Shown here: positions 50,918 to 62,064 of the stretch, in pieces | Numbering within the stretch: the stretch's first letter is position 1 | How the letters are laid out: each line of letters begins with the position of its first letter | Made by a program: the position numbers and the translations under genes | The notes under the pieces: generated by a model | The model's database searches: none | Told to the model about the DNA's origin: nothing | Seen by the model: the letters and a program-made list of their open reading frames with translations, nothing else | DNA from: Nemertoderma westbladi | Taxonomy: Eukaryota; Animalia; Xenacoelomorpha | Assembly: GCA_032718475.1 (NCBI GenBank) | Contig: JAUCBJ010002985.1 | Location: forward strand, 37,533 to 101,532 | Reading direction: 5' to 3' | Length of the DNA stretch: 64,000 bases

Positions 50918-51446
50918 AAATATAAGTTGTAAGCAGATCATTTATGGACTTAATTTAAAAGAATTAAAAAATCAATTGAATGGTAAAATTGTACTCAAAC
51001 CTAATCAGTTTATATATAAGGTATTTGGTGCAACCATATTAATGTTTACAAATGGACGAATAACAATTCTCGGTAGAAAATATAATTTTAATAAAGTGAA
51101 AAAGCATATATTCGAAAAAACAAACATTAATTTGATTTTTAAATCAATCAATTTGTGTACTTATATTTTTAGTATCGATACCGTAATTTATAGGTTACTT
51201 ATAAACAATATCGGGTTTTATGTTATATTTGATAATGTTAAACTAGAAATTTCAAACGAGCCCGAAATATTCAATAACTGTAAAGTCAGAATAAATAATA
51301 TTGTTGTTGTTTGCTGCTTCTACACTGGTAAATGTACATTAATGTGTTCCCCGTTTAAATTTCATATATATTATCCTATATTCAACAAACTGGTTAATAA
51401 TTTATTATTGTTTGGTGCGAGGGTTTTTGATGTAAAATATAATTAG
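50895..51446 (+). CDS. TATA-box-binding protein (TBP)-like protein overlapping the polB stop
   Basis: Two TBP-type repeats: YQIVNKNISC..LNLKEL...ATILMFTNGRITILG and NEPEIFN...VVCCFYTGKCTL (TBP has LDLK.IA, TALIFSSGKMVCTG, YEPELFPGL, LLIFVSGKVVLTG). About 183 aa. Confidence 0.75.
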   Translation: MNYQIVNKNISCKQIIYGLNLKELKNQLNGKIVLKPNQFIYKVFGATILMFTNGRITILGRKYNFNKVKKHIFEKTNINLIFKSINLCTYIFSIDTVIYRLLINNIGFYVIFDNVKLEISNEPEIFNNCKVRINNIVVVCCFYTGKCTLMCSPFKFHIYYPIFNKLVNNLLLFGARVFDVKYN

Positions 51447-52207
51447 TGCGAGTGAAATTTATTGTTGTTGTTGTTGCTGTTTGGTGGTGGAGATTTTTAC
51501 TGTAAAATATATATTAAATTTGGCTGGAAAAAATTTATGAATATTTTTTTTTTTAAATCAACAACTAGTTGGGGGAAATTAACTAACTAACTAACTTCAG
51601 TAGAGCGATTGCTTGTAACACTCGAGTAGGCATAGTTTACTCAGCGGCCGTAGCTAGCTAGCTAGCTAACTAAGCATCGCAGCTCACGAGTGAGCTACAA
51701 TAGCGCATCTGTTACTTATGAGTGTGCGTGTGTGCGGCAGGCAACGCTAAGCTCGGTGAGAAAAGATTAGGGCTATGTGCTGGTATTCATAGTCAAAGAC
51801 GATGCCCTCCTATCTGTTACTAGTCTGTATACCGGTACATATTATTAAAACATCAGCTATGCATCTCCCTACATTCAGAATAGAACAACGAACAGAGCAT
51901 ATATCGCTAACTAATCTGCATGGGAAAGGTTTATGTTGTGCATTTTGTTAACTATGAGAATTTTGTAATCTAAACATCTGCGACCCTCTACAAAAATATA
52001 TATAAACTCAATTTTTCTAACAGTGAACTATAATTTTGTTTCCCTACCGTAAAATAAAAAAATAAATACCGGTATAGACTAGGCCTAACTTATCTTCATA
52101 TTTGAAAAAAAAAAAACTAACCTCAACAAACTTCAGTTCCAACAATCCTTCTCTATCAATCAACCAACATCCGTTCCGACATCCAACATCCAACACCAAC
52201 AATCAAG

Positions 52208-52561
52208 ATGGCATTTTCTTTCATTGAAAATAGCGGCGACTGTTTATTAAAATTTGATGTTGATGGAGACGACCTTTATTTCACATCATTAAATGTAACT
52301 GAATTACATTTAAAAAATAACAACGGTGAAATAACAATAATGATTAAAAATAAAACCAGCGGCAGCCAAGGTCACCAAACCATATTGACGACCAATAAAA
52401 ACTTCAATTTAAACGTTAGAGTTCAACCTGGAGAAGCGCATCAGATAAGTTTGGACAATTATAGTAGGGGAGAGAACTGGGATGAACATGAAGATATAGC
52501 AGCAGCTCCAGTTCCAACACCAACTCTACTACTTCCATCTGATCCGAGAATACGTCAGTAG
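52208..52561 (+). CDS. Hypothetical 117-aa protein unique to element 2
   Basis: ATG in good context (aagATGG) after CAA-rich leader and upstream TATA-like sequence at ~51997; beta-strand-like pattern; no counterpart seen in element 1. Confidence 0.5.
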   Translation: MAFSFIENSGDCLLKFDVDGDDLYFTSLNVTELHLKNNNGEITIMIKNKTSGSQGHQTILTTNKNFNLNVRVQPGEAHQISLDNYSRGENWDEHEDIAAAPVPTPTLLLPSDPRIRQ

Positions 52562-52886
52562 ACTCGTACAGCAAGTAGACTCATAGGCCTATATAATTAG
52601 TCATGTGTGTTACCGGTATCAGTAGGTTTTTGTATTGTATTGTATATTTTATATTTTATATCTAATTAAAAAAAAGCGAATACATAAATAAACTAACTAT
52701 GTTTTATAGGCCTATAGGCCTATAACATGAAGTGAATGAATGAACTTGGGCGCGGTGAATTTTATATATTGCTAGCCACACCTTGTATCAATGTGCTAGG
52801 CGGCTTTCAGTTGAGGAGTAGTGATTAGGCCTATATGCCTAACCGAATGAAGGTGCGCCTAGTGTGAGTTCTAAAGGTTAACCGTA

Positions 52887-53100
52887 AACCATATTGGGTC
52901 AACATTCGAAAAAGGGGGCCGCATAAAGTTAACTATAGCTGTATAGGCTTGCCTATGCAACAGTAGTAGCCCACAGTAATGTAGATTAGACCAACCATAT
53001 TGGGTCAACATTCGAAAAAGGGGGCCGCATAAAGTTAACTATAGCTGTATAGGCTTGCCTATGCAACAGTAGTAGCCCACAGTAATGTAGATTAGACCAA
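52887..53100. repeat. Perfect tandem duplication of 106 bp
   Basis: aaccatattgggtcaacattcg...gtagattagacc starts at 52887 and again at 52993. Confidence 0.95.
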
Positions 53101-53604
53101 TTAAAGTTGTAAACAGAAAATTGGAAGCATTCAAGTGTAATAGCCTAATCCTTAAATCGAAGAAACCTGCATGCCCTTGCTCTATCCAAGTATACAGTTA
53201 CAAGAGTGCTACAGTGCCGGTACCAGTAGGCCTATTGTTTGGTGGGCCCCTCTAATGCTGCATTCACGAACCCCCCATGTCGAGTTAATTTAATTTTATT
53301 ATTAGTAAGTAACGCTAAAGCGCTGTGGCTGCTGTCGGTGCACTCTAGAAGGGGGTGCCATTCTGCCGTTCTACAGTTTAGCGTTGTTGCTATATGTCTG
53401 TATGTGTGTAAAGTCAGCTACTGGTAGTTAAACTCTGATACAACAGCCGGCTACCGGTAGGTACGGTGTGTTTGTGAGTGTAAACTTAAGCCCTACACCT
53501 TCAGTCAAACTGAGATATAAAAAAATAGATTTTAATGTTTTTATTATTTTTATTGACATTAAAACAATTATATTATCCCATCACATTACATACTTAGAGT
53601 AAAC

Positions 53605-54210
53605 CTACTGTACGAGTACATCTTCCACCGCAGTTATTTCTTTCTGTTTATCATCAGTGTCAGTTAAACGCTTTCTCACGAAAAATCGTTTCAATTCAAA
53701 CCCACCGACACGTTTTGCAGAGCAGTACCGCAGACAGTTATCCCTTGTGTTTAAGTGGAAAGCACATTTATTTTCTAGTGTAATAAATTGATCGTGGAAG
53801 CGACAGGGGGTTAAATAATTGTAATATCGCTGATATTGATATATCCACAATTTCTCCATCGAATTTGGTGCGAGAACATCAAGTTGGGAAACTAATATTG
53901 CCCGCTTCATCAACCCAAATACATGTATATTTTTTTTATATTTTAAATGTCTCTTCATGTACTTTTTAAAGTCATCTTGCGAAATGTCACCGTAATCCCA
54001 AGGTAAATGCGAAGTCATGTCCCGTAAATTGTTTATATGAGCTTTATCTAATGCTGATAACTTAATATTAGGTGGACCTTTAATTAAAAACGTCTTTACA
54101 TTAGTTTTGGTGTAATTAGAATCGAATATAGCAAATTCTTTAAATACTACCGGATATTCCTTATTGTCTATCGTATAATATTGAAAATCAACAAAAATAA
54201 TATTATCCAT
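53605..54210 (-). CDS. DEDD/DnaQ-like protein (element 2 copy)
   Basis: Close homologue of 8217-8819. Confidence 0.6.
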   Translation of the reverse strand: MDNIIFVDFQYYTIDNKEYPVVFKEFAIFDSNYTKTNVKTFLIKGPPNIKLSALDKAHINNLRDMTSHLPWDYGDISQDDFKKYMKRHLKYKKNIHVFGLMKRAILVSQLDVLAPNSMEKLWIYQYQRYYNYLTPCRFHDQFITLENKCAFHLNTRDNCLRYCSAKRVGGFELKRFFVRKRLTDTDDKQKEITAVEDVLVQ

Positions 54211-54241
54211 TTTATCTGATAAACAAAAGTTAAATGATTAA

Positions 54242-54694
54242 TTACAACGCTTGTTGGTTTATTTTATAATAATTAACAAGCCATTTATATAATATTATTT
54301 CATTTATTTCCACATTATTTGTAAACGCTCTCATTGGATAGTTTATATGAATTCGATTTACCAAGTAATAAAGACAGTATAATCCACATGTGGTCCTCCT
54401 GGGGTCTTGAAATTGTTTCCGGGTAGTACGCCATCTTGCTGAATTTTTCTCAAGCCATTCTTCGATACATCTGTTTGGATATTTTGGTCCGAATGAATTA
54501 AATAATTCAGCCTCATTATCTCGTATATATATAGCAATCCAATGAACCCCGGGTAGATGCTGTTTATCGGTGTTTACCATTAACCCATAATCTCTCCGTT
54601 TATTATTATCTAATTTAGGTAATTTGTTAGATGGAAACGCTCCCAAATAGTGACCACCCACTGGAAACATATCAAGGTCCTCTGTAGATAACAT
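54242..54694 (-). CDS. Adenain-like protease (element 2; catalytic Asp changed to Asn)
   Basis: PGVHW, FNSFG (FDSFG in element 1), CGLYC. Confidence 0.9.
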   Translation of the reverse strand: MLSTEDLDMFPVGGHYLGAFPSNKLPKLDNNKRRDYGLMVNTDKQHLPGVHWIAIYIRDNEAELFNSFGPKYPNRCIEEWLEKNSARWRTTRKQFQDPRRTTCGLYCLYYLVNRIHINYPMRAFTNNVEINEIILYKWLVNYYKINQQAL

Positions 54695-54696
54695 AC

Positions 54697-55949
54697 TTAA
54701 TCGATATGTATTTCTTTCCTGCTATTTAAACTTAATGATTGATCATAAATATTAAAAACAATTACATTTATGGTCTCAACCAACGGTTCGGCAAATCTTA
54801 ATTTTAATTGGCCGTTAGTATATATCGATGGTTGCGGATCTCTAACATAGCCGTCGGCGGTTAGGTCCCAGGATATGAGTGGGCAATTACCTAAGTAGGT
54901 TTCATGGTGTATTTTATTACCTCCATAACCGTTAATATATGTATTAATGTTTTTCATTAATTGAGTATACTCAAAAATGTATGTTCCATCTGTAAAATTA
55001 GGCTCGTATATTACACCACCTACTGGAAGACCGTCTACAATCAGTTCCGCGCGTCTAAGGTTAAAATGTTCAAATTTCAAGGGGTTACTAATTCATTCTC
55101 CCGAATATTATGCATTATTTGTTATAAAACCGATAATAACTAATTTGGGTTTTTTACCATCAAATATGTTTGTTTGGATGTAATTTGTGGTTTGTGCGGG
55201 AATAGTAAATATTGTAACCTCCTTTTTTTGGAATTGATATTCAATATCGTAACTCTCTAAACCTTTTAGGTGACTGCTTTCTATTACGGGATTAACCTCC
55301 ATTCTAGGGATTAGGATCTTTACTTCATCTAATTCTAACCGAAGATTTGTCACAGCGTTTGTGTTTGGAGTGATTTTAAAAATAAACGAATTTGATACTT
55401 TTCTAAAATGCATTCTTAAATCATACCCGGGTTGTATTATTTTAGTTTCAGTATCAAAATCAATTGTCAATCCACTTACAAATTGCATTTGTTTACTAAA
55501 GGCATCGCCAATAGGATGCGCACCAGGATCAATTTCATTTCCGTGTTCGGATAAAGGCTGATGAAAGCCACCCGCCCCCAGTAGCCCATTTTTAGATTCG
55601 TATGTTGTAAATAGTAAATTGGATTGTAGAAATAATGGTTATTGCTATTTTCAACCTGCTTCTCATTAAGGTCTATTTTAATATCACTCCACATAGTTCC
55701 AGCGGGGTAATTCAACATATAAATATGGGAGTTTTCAAGTCGTCTATCCCACCGTACAGTACATTTTGTAATTAATAACGCATCTTGCAGTTTCGTATAG
55801 AATTCATTGGATCTTGGTACAAGGAACGTGACTTCCCTAGACTCACTTCTGAGATTGGATACCGGGTAAATTGTTTCATAATGCTTTGCTTTAAATTCAG
55901 TCTGTATTGGCTGTGTAGAAAATAAATCTAATTCCTTAATAATTGACAT
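54697..55949 (-). pseudogene. Major capsid protein (element 2), broken into three ORFs
   Basis: Fragments 55476-55949, 55108-55488 and 54697-55080 align with 6480-7730. Confidence 0.9.
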
Positions 55950-55951
55950 TA

Positions 55952-56804
55952 TTAAAAAATACTTTTTTCGCAGTGTTTCAGTTTGCCTTTTATTTTTCTC
56001 TTTTTACTACGTCGATGATGTATGTTCATAGACATTGGTCTAGTAGGTCGCTTTAAGTCTTTTTCTACAACCGATCTTGTGGATGGTTTCATTTTATTTA
56101 ATGCTTTATTAATAACCGTATTAGCCTGCTGATGTAAGACCCGCTTACCTTTTGGTATTACGTGTTGTCTCATAAATTTTGTGGTAAAAGGTAAAGGTTA
56201 GGTTCCACCTTGGTGTAGTGGTTGCATTGAATTCACATCTCCTGAAGGTCGTGGGTTCGATCCTCACATGGGCCAGGGCAGTTTTCGTTTCGGCACGAAT
56301 GCTTTAAAGGGACCAGCCAGGGCGCATCTCTGCCTTGCATCCTTAAGTGGTAGCTAAATGAGTACTGGAGTTTCCTCTGGGGAGTAAAGTTCTGGGGGGA
56401 CCGCACTGGAAATAAGTCGTCAGACTTTGTGCGTAATCCCTGGCCTAGTGGCCGAAGAAAATTTACTTTTTTACTTTTTTACTTTTTTAAAGCTTTTTGT
56501 AACACTTTTTTTTTGCTAATGGCTTACCAAATTTTTTCAATGTAGATAAAGCGTCTGTAAATATACCTTCCCCGTGTTGATTTGTTCGCAACATACCTCT
56601 ACGATAACGTTGAAAACGATGTTGTTTTAAGTTTGGACCAAATGCACCAATTTGTTGTCCGTAAGGGTCAATATATGAACCACCTCGAAAAACAGGAACT
56701 TGCGTCGAGCCTCTCATACTTCTACCACCTTTAAAAACAGCAAGATTAGAGTCTGCACCACCATATTGAGGTTCACTGTATCTTTGAAATAAATCGGAAT
56801 CCAT
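55952..56804 (-). pseudogene. Cupiennin-like core protein (element 2), disrupted by a SINE and an A-run frameshift
   Basis: The two halves match 5917-6477 on either side of the insertion. Confidence 0.88.
56197..56487 (+). mobile_element. tRNA-derived SINE with Nin/Deu-like central domain
   Basis: A box tggtgtagtgg, B box ggttcgatcc, core ctctgccttgcatcctt..gtggtagctaaatgagtac, (ttactttt)n tail, TSD taaag (56192-56196 and 56488-56492). The site is empty in element 1. Confidence 0.88.
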
Positions 56805-56805
56805 T

Positions 56806-57652
56806 TTAATTTATTTTTTTAAAGTTTAAGGTAATTGAAGTTGTGCCGTATTCAAAATTCAAATCTTTTCCTTCTTTGTCTGTTATTTCAATATGAATGT
56901 ATGTTATCTTATATGATTTTTTCACAGGGATATAATGAATTGTATCCTTGACAAATTCTTTATTTATTACACTACCATATTTCACGTCATCAGGTATTGC
57001 GACACGACGAAGTAAGGCTAAACCAAAGTCATTAATATATTCATTTTCAATTATATTAGTAGTCACGTACATGTTCGATTTAGGTTCTGGAATAGAATTG
57101 GGTGGTTGAGGGCATAAAAATACCATCTGGTAAGCTTTTTCTTCATTTCCGATAACCTTTATTAAATAACCCTTTATATTATTTTTTGTCTTCAAAATAA
57201 TTTTAAAATTTGGATTTAAATTCGCGCCGAGATTATTTTCAGTAATTCCAAAATAATAGGCTAATTGTTGACCTATAAATAACTCTCGTACAGTTTTCCC
57301 TAAAATAAATTGCAACCTATTTTGCTGAGTATTTTCAACTATTTGTAATTTATCTTTCAACGCCCCAGTGTTAAAATAATCTATAATGTCATTGATACTG
57401 TAGAACAAACCGGATGGAAGTGTATCCTCAAAATTTTTTTTCCCTTTTTTTTAATAAAATAACATTCTCTACATTGTTATACATGGACGGTAATGTGGCT
57501 AAGTAAAATATACTTTTTATACCTACCACCCAGTTTTCGTTTGGATTTATAGGTAAGGCGCCGTGGAAATTGATCTGATAATTACTACCAGTATTACGAG
57601 GAAAATCAATTGGACAGGAGTTACTTGGTAGTCTAACGTAGAACTCATCCAT
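56806..57652 (-). pseudogene. Minor capsid protein (penton) 2 of element 2, frameshifted in an A-run
   Basis: MDEFYVRLPSNS... (57428-57652) plus the 200-aa ORF 56806-57408. Confidence 0.82.
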
Positions 57653-58520
57653 CACCACCACCACTGCGTATTAACTTAAGTGTTATAACAGTGCGACCAC
57701 CGTTGAAATTAATTAATTCACCTTGGCCGTCACATAAAGTAATTAAGATTGTTTTTAGTTTTTTATTCAACAACGGGTAATAGCAAATGCTCTCATATTC
57801 GTGATTAATATATTTTCGATTTAATTGTGTTAAAGGACAGGTTCTTAAGAGCGGAGCTAAAGCGTCACCAACAAATGAGCTCTTAATAATATCTGTATAT
57901 ATGAAGATAGTATCTTTATTACGAGTAATATTTGTGGGAGCCGGAAAATCTAAAATCCCAATTTCCGAAATTTTTGGTCCACTATAATTTAAAATTAATA
58001 TCGGCTGTTCTATATTGCTTAATTCATCCACTGTAGTGGTACTGTATATATCCCAATTCGGAATACTCAGATGATTCTGATCCAATAACGGTTTTAAGCC
58101 TAGAATTTGAATTAAATCACCGCGTAGACTTAATTGTATTTTTTTCAACTTTTTAGGAAATTTAAATTTAATTCTAGAATTATTTGTATTAAAAATGAAT
58201 TCGAAATCTCTATATTTCGCTTCAGAATTAAACAGTTTATTTATATCATCAATAATGACTTGAATAGAGCTATGCATACCAGGAAATAAATTGTATAATT
58301 TGGCATCTTTTGCATCTACCCCGATTGACAGCGAGATTTGAGTTTGCAGAGTAATATTACTGTATGTTGCTTGATATTGTATCTCTGCGAGTCCAATTTT
58401 AGAGTTTGGACCAATATATAATTCTTCGGCTAAATCAACAGTAAACTCGCTAGGGTTATTATTGGGGTAAGTGTTTAATGAGCTATCTGAAAGTAGAGTG
58501 ATATATGTATCTACAGCCAT
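57645..58520 (-). CDS. Minor capsid protein (penton) 1 of element 2
   Basis: Near-identical to 4203-5075. Confidence 0.88.
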   Translation of the reverse strand: MAVDTYITLLSDSSLNTYPNNNPSEFTVDLAEELYIGPNSKIGLAEIQYQATYSNITLQTQISLSIGVDAKDAKLYNLFPGMHSSIQVIIDDINKLFNSEAKYRDFEFIFNTNNSRIKFKFPKKLKKIQLSLRGDLIQILGLKPLLDQNHLSIPNWDIYSTTTVDELSNIEQPILILNYSGPKISEIGILDFPAPTNITRNKDTIFIYTDIIKSSFVGDALAPLLRTCPLTQLNRKYINHEYESICYYPLLNKKLKTILITLCDGQGELINFNGGRTVITLKLIRSGGGDG

Positions 58521-58785
58521 TATTATTATTATTTAAGCTCTCTCTACTTGACTCCTTTGTACATACAGTACAGTACAGTACGGTATAATGTTAAATAATA
58601 GACATCTGTGACCACGTTCATTCCCGCTTCGCTTCTACAGTATATGTGAGGGATCAATATTTTACTGGCTTTATTTAAAGCGAATGAACTATAGTATAGT
58701 AATATCATTTGAGTTAATATTGATTGATTAATTAATTACGGACATATGTGACCAAAATGAATTAATATACAGTATAAACCTAAAC

Positions 58786-59875
58786 TTATTGAATATGCTG
58801 TACCCACGACTGTTTCTTGGATCCGATGAATCGGACTAAATATTCTTTTTTCCCATTGCGTACACGTTCTTTAAGTTTGCCAATATTTTTGTCAATCGGA
58901 AGATAAATATTACTATTCGGGTAGACCTTTTGGAGTTCATATGAATAAAATGAGCCGTTTATTATAGCTCCAGTGCTGTCCTTAATATCGAACATTACCG
59001 CTGGTACTCTATCCAATCTGACCCGATGAATAATAAATAATTCACGTGTCCATTGTTCTCGATAGCCTTTAGCAAAAGCAGTACGAGCGATAGATAATCG
59101 TACTGTATCTCCAACTTTAAATTTTATTTTCTTGTGATTAATCTGTCTATATTTCCCATATAATCTATTCATTAATTCAGTTTCATTAAATTTATTAACT
59201 TCAATGGGTGTCATTTGTATTGTCCTATGATATGACCTATTATAAGCATAAATGAGCTTCGGTAAAATTTTTATCCAAACATTATTTCCCCTTTGCGTGA
59301 AAATTTTGAACATCTTTGTTTTTAATGTTCTATTGAATCTCTCGACAATAGCCGCCTTATTCACAGAATACATTACATAATACTGTATACCAATAGTATC
59401 TAAATATTTCCTTACAGATTTATTTAGAAACTCAGACCCTTGATCAGTTGCGATTCTGTTTGGTTTTCCTTTCTGGAATATTTTTTGCAATATACTAATA
59501 ATTTCAATACCCTTTTTTGTTTTCATACCATAGGCAAAAGCAAGCCGGCTAAAGGCATCAATACATGTTAATATATAGTTATAATTATTATTTTGCGATT
59601 TATATTGCTGCATATCCACCAGATCTATCATATATATATCTTTTAAGCCTCCCGTAAATATTTTAGATGTTGGATAATGATGTCTACGTGGTGCGTGAAG
59701 GGAGTATGTCTTTTGCCCGCTCAACCATTTCTGGGCTTGAGCTGGTTTGATGTTTGCAGCTTTTGCTAATTTTGCGATACTTGCAAAACCCGCAGGGGAT
59801 GAAGGATCTAAATAAATTCTTAACAGTTTTTTTGTCTAAGGTTCGGCTTAAAATCGGTTTCATCTTGCGTGGCAT
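58786..59875 (-). pseudogene. rve integrase of element 2, frameshifted near the N-terminus (A-run at ~59830)
   Basis: MPRKMKPILSRTLDKK then shifts frame; the remainder is near-identical to 2868-3956. Confidence 0.92.
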
Positions 59876-59926
59876 CTTTTCGACAACCGCAAGTAATATG
59901 TATATTCAAATCTCTTATAAAGGGCA

Positions 59927-60097
59927 TCACCGTAAAAACAACTGAAATTTTTTTATTATTTTTTTTGAAGTTGATGTTTTAAAGGGTTTTCTTTTTGTAG
60001 TATTTACTCTAGGTATATCTTGAGGTTTTAAATCAGTAGCTAACGGTTTACTCGATACTAAATATAATTTTCTAAATGTTACTCCTGTTTTAACCAT
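59927..60097 (-). CDS. Small basic 56-aa ORF (element 2 copy)
   Basis: Same length and 3' translation as 2646-2816. Confidence 0.6.
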   Translation of the reverse strand: MVKTGVTFRKLYLVSSKPLATDLKPQDIPRVNTTKRKPFKTSTSKKIIKKFQLFLR

Positions 60098-60099
60098 TA

Positions 60100-60482
60100 T
60101 TACCGTCCACGGTTAATTTTTTTCGCAATAGCCGCTCCAGCGGTGGCGGCACCGGCACTCGCGGCGAGTTTCGCACCAATGCCGAGTAAGGGTATTAGAA
60201 ACGGTAGTATGCCTCCAGATTGATTGCTTAACTTTTTTCTATAACTTGATATATTTTTTGTTTTACGGTTGAGTGATTTCAATACCTTTTTATATCGGCG
60301 AATATTTCTAAATGAATGAGGTTCAATTGTACGTTACCTTTTAGAACATTTAATGCAGTATTTACAATGAGCCGTATTAATTCATTACTCGCGGTATGGT
60401 TAATAAAATAAGTTTTTTGTTGAGGGGTAGCGCTGCGTAGAAATTCCAGTTCGTTACGATATTTCTGCACAAGTCTATTCAT
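60100..60482 (-). pseudogene. pX/gasderminX-like protein (element 2), 1-nt deletion
   Basis: Split into 60279-60482 and 60100-60282. Confidence 0.82.
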
Positions 60483-60519
60483 TGTTGCAACATTATTGAA
60501 AATTGTTACAAAATATTAA

Positions 60520-61201
60520 TTATTTATTATTATTATTATTATTATTTTCGCTACGTTTATAGTCAATGTAATTTTTAATGTAACAATTATGATTACGAAA
60601 TATATCCGATCTAAATCTTAAATGTTCGGGTGTTTCCTGTCGTAAATCAATTAAGAAATGCGAAAATGGTTCAATAGTCGCATCTTGATAGGAATCTACT
60701 AAAAATTTGGTCTGCCCTGGTAACATCTGCTTCGCGAAATTTAAAACCGATAAACTGTCTTCGTGGATTTTTCATTAATACTAAAGTATGGCTATTAATT
60801 GATCTTGTGCGGTTATGCTGCCCACCGTAAAACATGTTTTGCGTTATAAAACAAATAAATATATTGGAATGATGAGCTACCTTAGTAAACAATACAGTTA
60901 AAGCTGTACTGGACTCAGTTTCTTTTAAAAAATCATCTATAATTAATAAATCTCGACTATTCACTAAACTATCTATATTTTCTGGCAAACCTTTGTAAAG
61001 GTGAGTAATACCAGGAATAGTTGGGGGATTGCTCCCGTAACAATACAATACTCGCAAGGGGGCTTCGTTGAAACAACCATTCTTGTGTTTAATTAAATTG
61101 CACACAAATGTTGACTTTCCAGAACCAGATGGGCCAGAAATTATCATACTCGTTCCCATTTGAAAGTTTAAATTATATGGACCTGAATTAAAGTCAGCCA
61201 T
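60520..61201 (-). pseudogene. Packaging ATPase (element 2), 1-nt insertion at ~60760
   Basis: Split into 60671-61201 and 60520-60726; Walker A/B retained. Confidence 0.9.
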
Positions 61202-61427
61202 TTATTATTATTATTAAGATATATCAACAATACAATATAATATAATATAAATATCAATATCAATAAACCATCACCATTACTATATTGTATATAACAATAA
61301 TTGAGGCAACTACAATATTAGAGTACTGTATATTTAATTAACATATGACACAACTACAGTATGTGACGCTCGCTGCAACAAAAGGTGCTATTTCCAATTA
61401 TAGTATAGACTCATTTTCAATGTAATT

Positions 61428-61877
61428 TCAAGCATGGTGAGCATCTTTATACGCGAAATAATGATAGGTAACATCGGCGGTTTGGAAATCACTTCCTGAG
61501 AATTTCGCGCTAATGATTTTTTTATGTTCGCTGCTAAAAAAATAAGGAATATAGTAGCAACACCGTCGTACTACATTTCTATAAAAAATATTCTCCAATA
61601 TTGTAAATAAATCTCCTGGATCATTACTTTCCGCAGAAATATAAGTTATATTGCGAAGCTCTTTCCAATAATAGGGTTGGTATCTTGCCAACTTTATATT
61701 AAACTTAGATATGGGTGCGCGACAAATAGGACAAATTTTAGAACAATAATTATTCATTTCGGAATATTGTACAATACATTGTACGCAAGTTGCATGTTTA
61801 TTTTCACATTTATAATAATCTCGATGTTGCAATAACTTAGAATAGCAAACTGGACATTTTTCATTTAAAATATCCAT
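61428..61877 (-). CDS. C3HC4 RING-finger protein (putative E3 ligase), intact
   Basis: CPVC-x11-CENKHATCVQC-x13-CPICR. Confidence 0.85.
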   Translation of the reverse strand: MDILNEKCPVCYSKLLQHRDYYKCENKHATCVQCIVQYSEMNNYCSKICPICRAPISKFNIKLARYQPYYWKELRNITYISAESNDPGDLFTILENIFYRNVVRRCCYYIPYFFSSEHKKIISAKFSGSDFQTADVTYHYFAYKDAHHA

Positions 61878-62064
61878 TTTCCAAATTTTAAAGTAAATTG
61901 AAAATAATTACCTCAATACACAACAACAAACAAATCTGTTATACTGTATATGCAATTACTACTACAATTTTCGATTATTTAAAATTTGATGTTTTTTTTT
62001 TCATAATTAAAAACATCAAAATTTTATAAATAATCATAAAATATTTGTAATATAGTGGGAAAAG

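Noticed and set aside
56205-56275. tRNA gene
   Set aside because: A and B boxes are present but no full cloverleaf; it continues into a SINE core and tail with a TSD.
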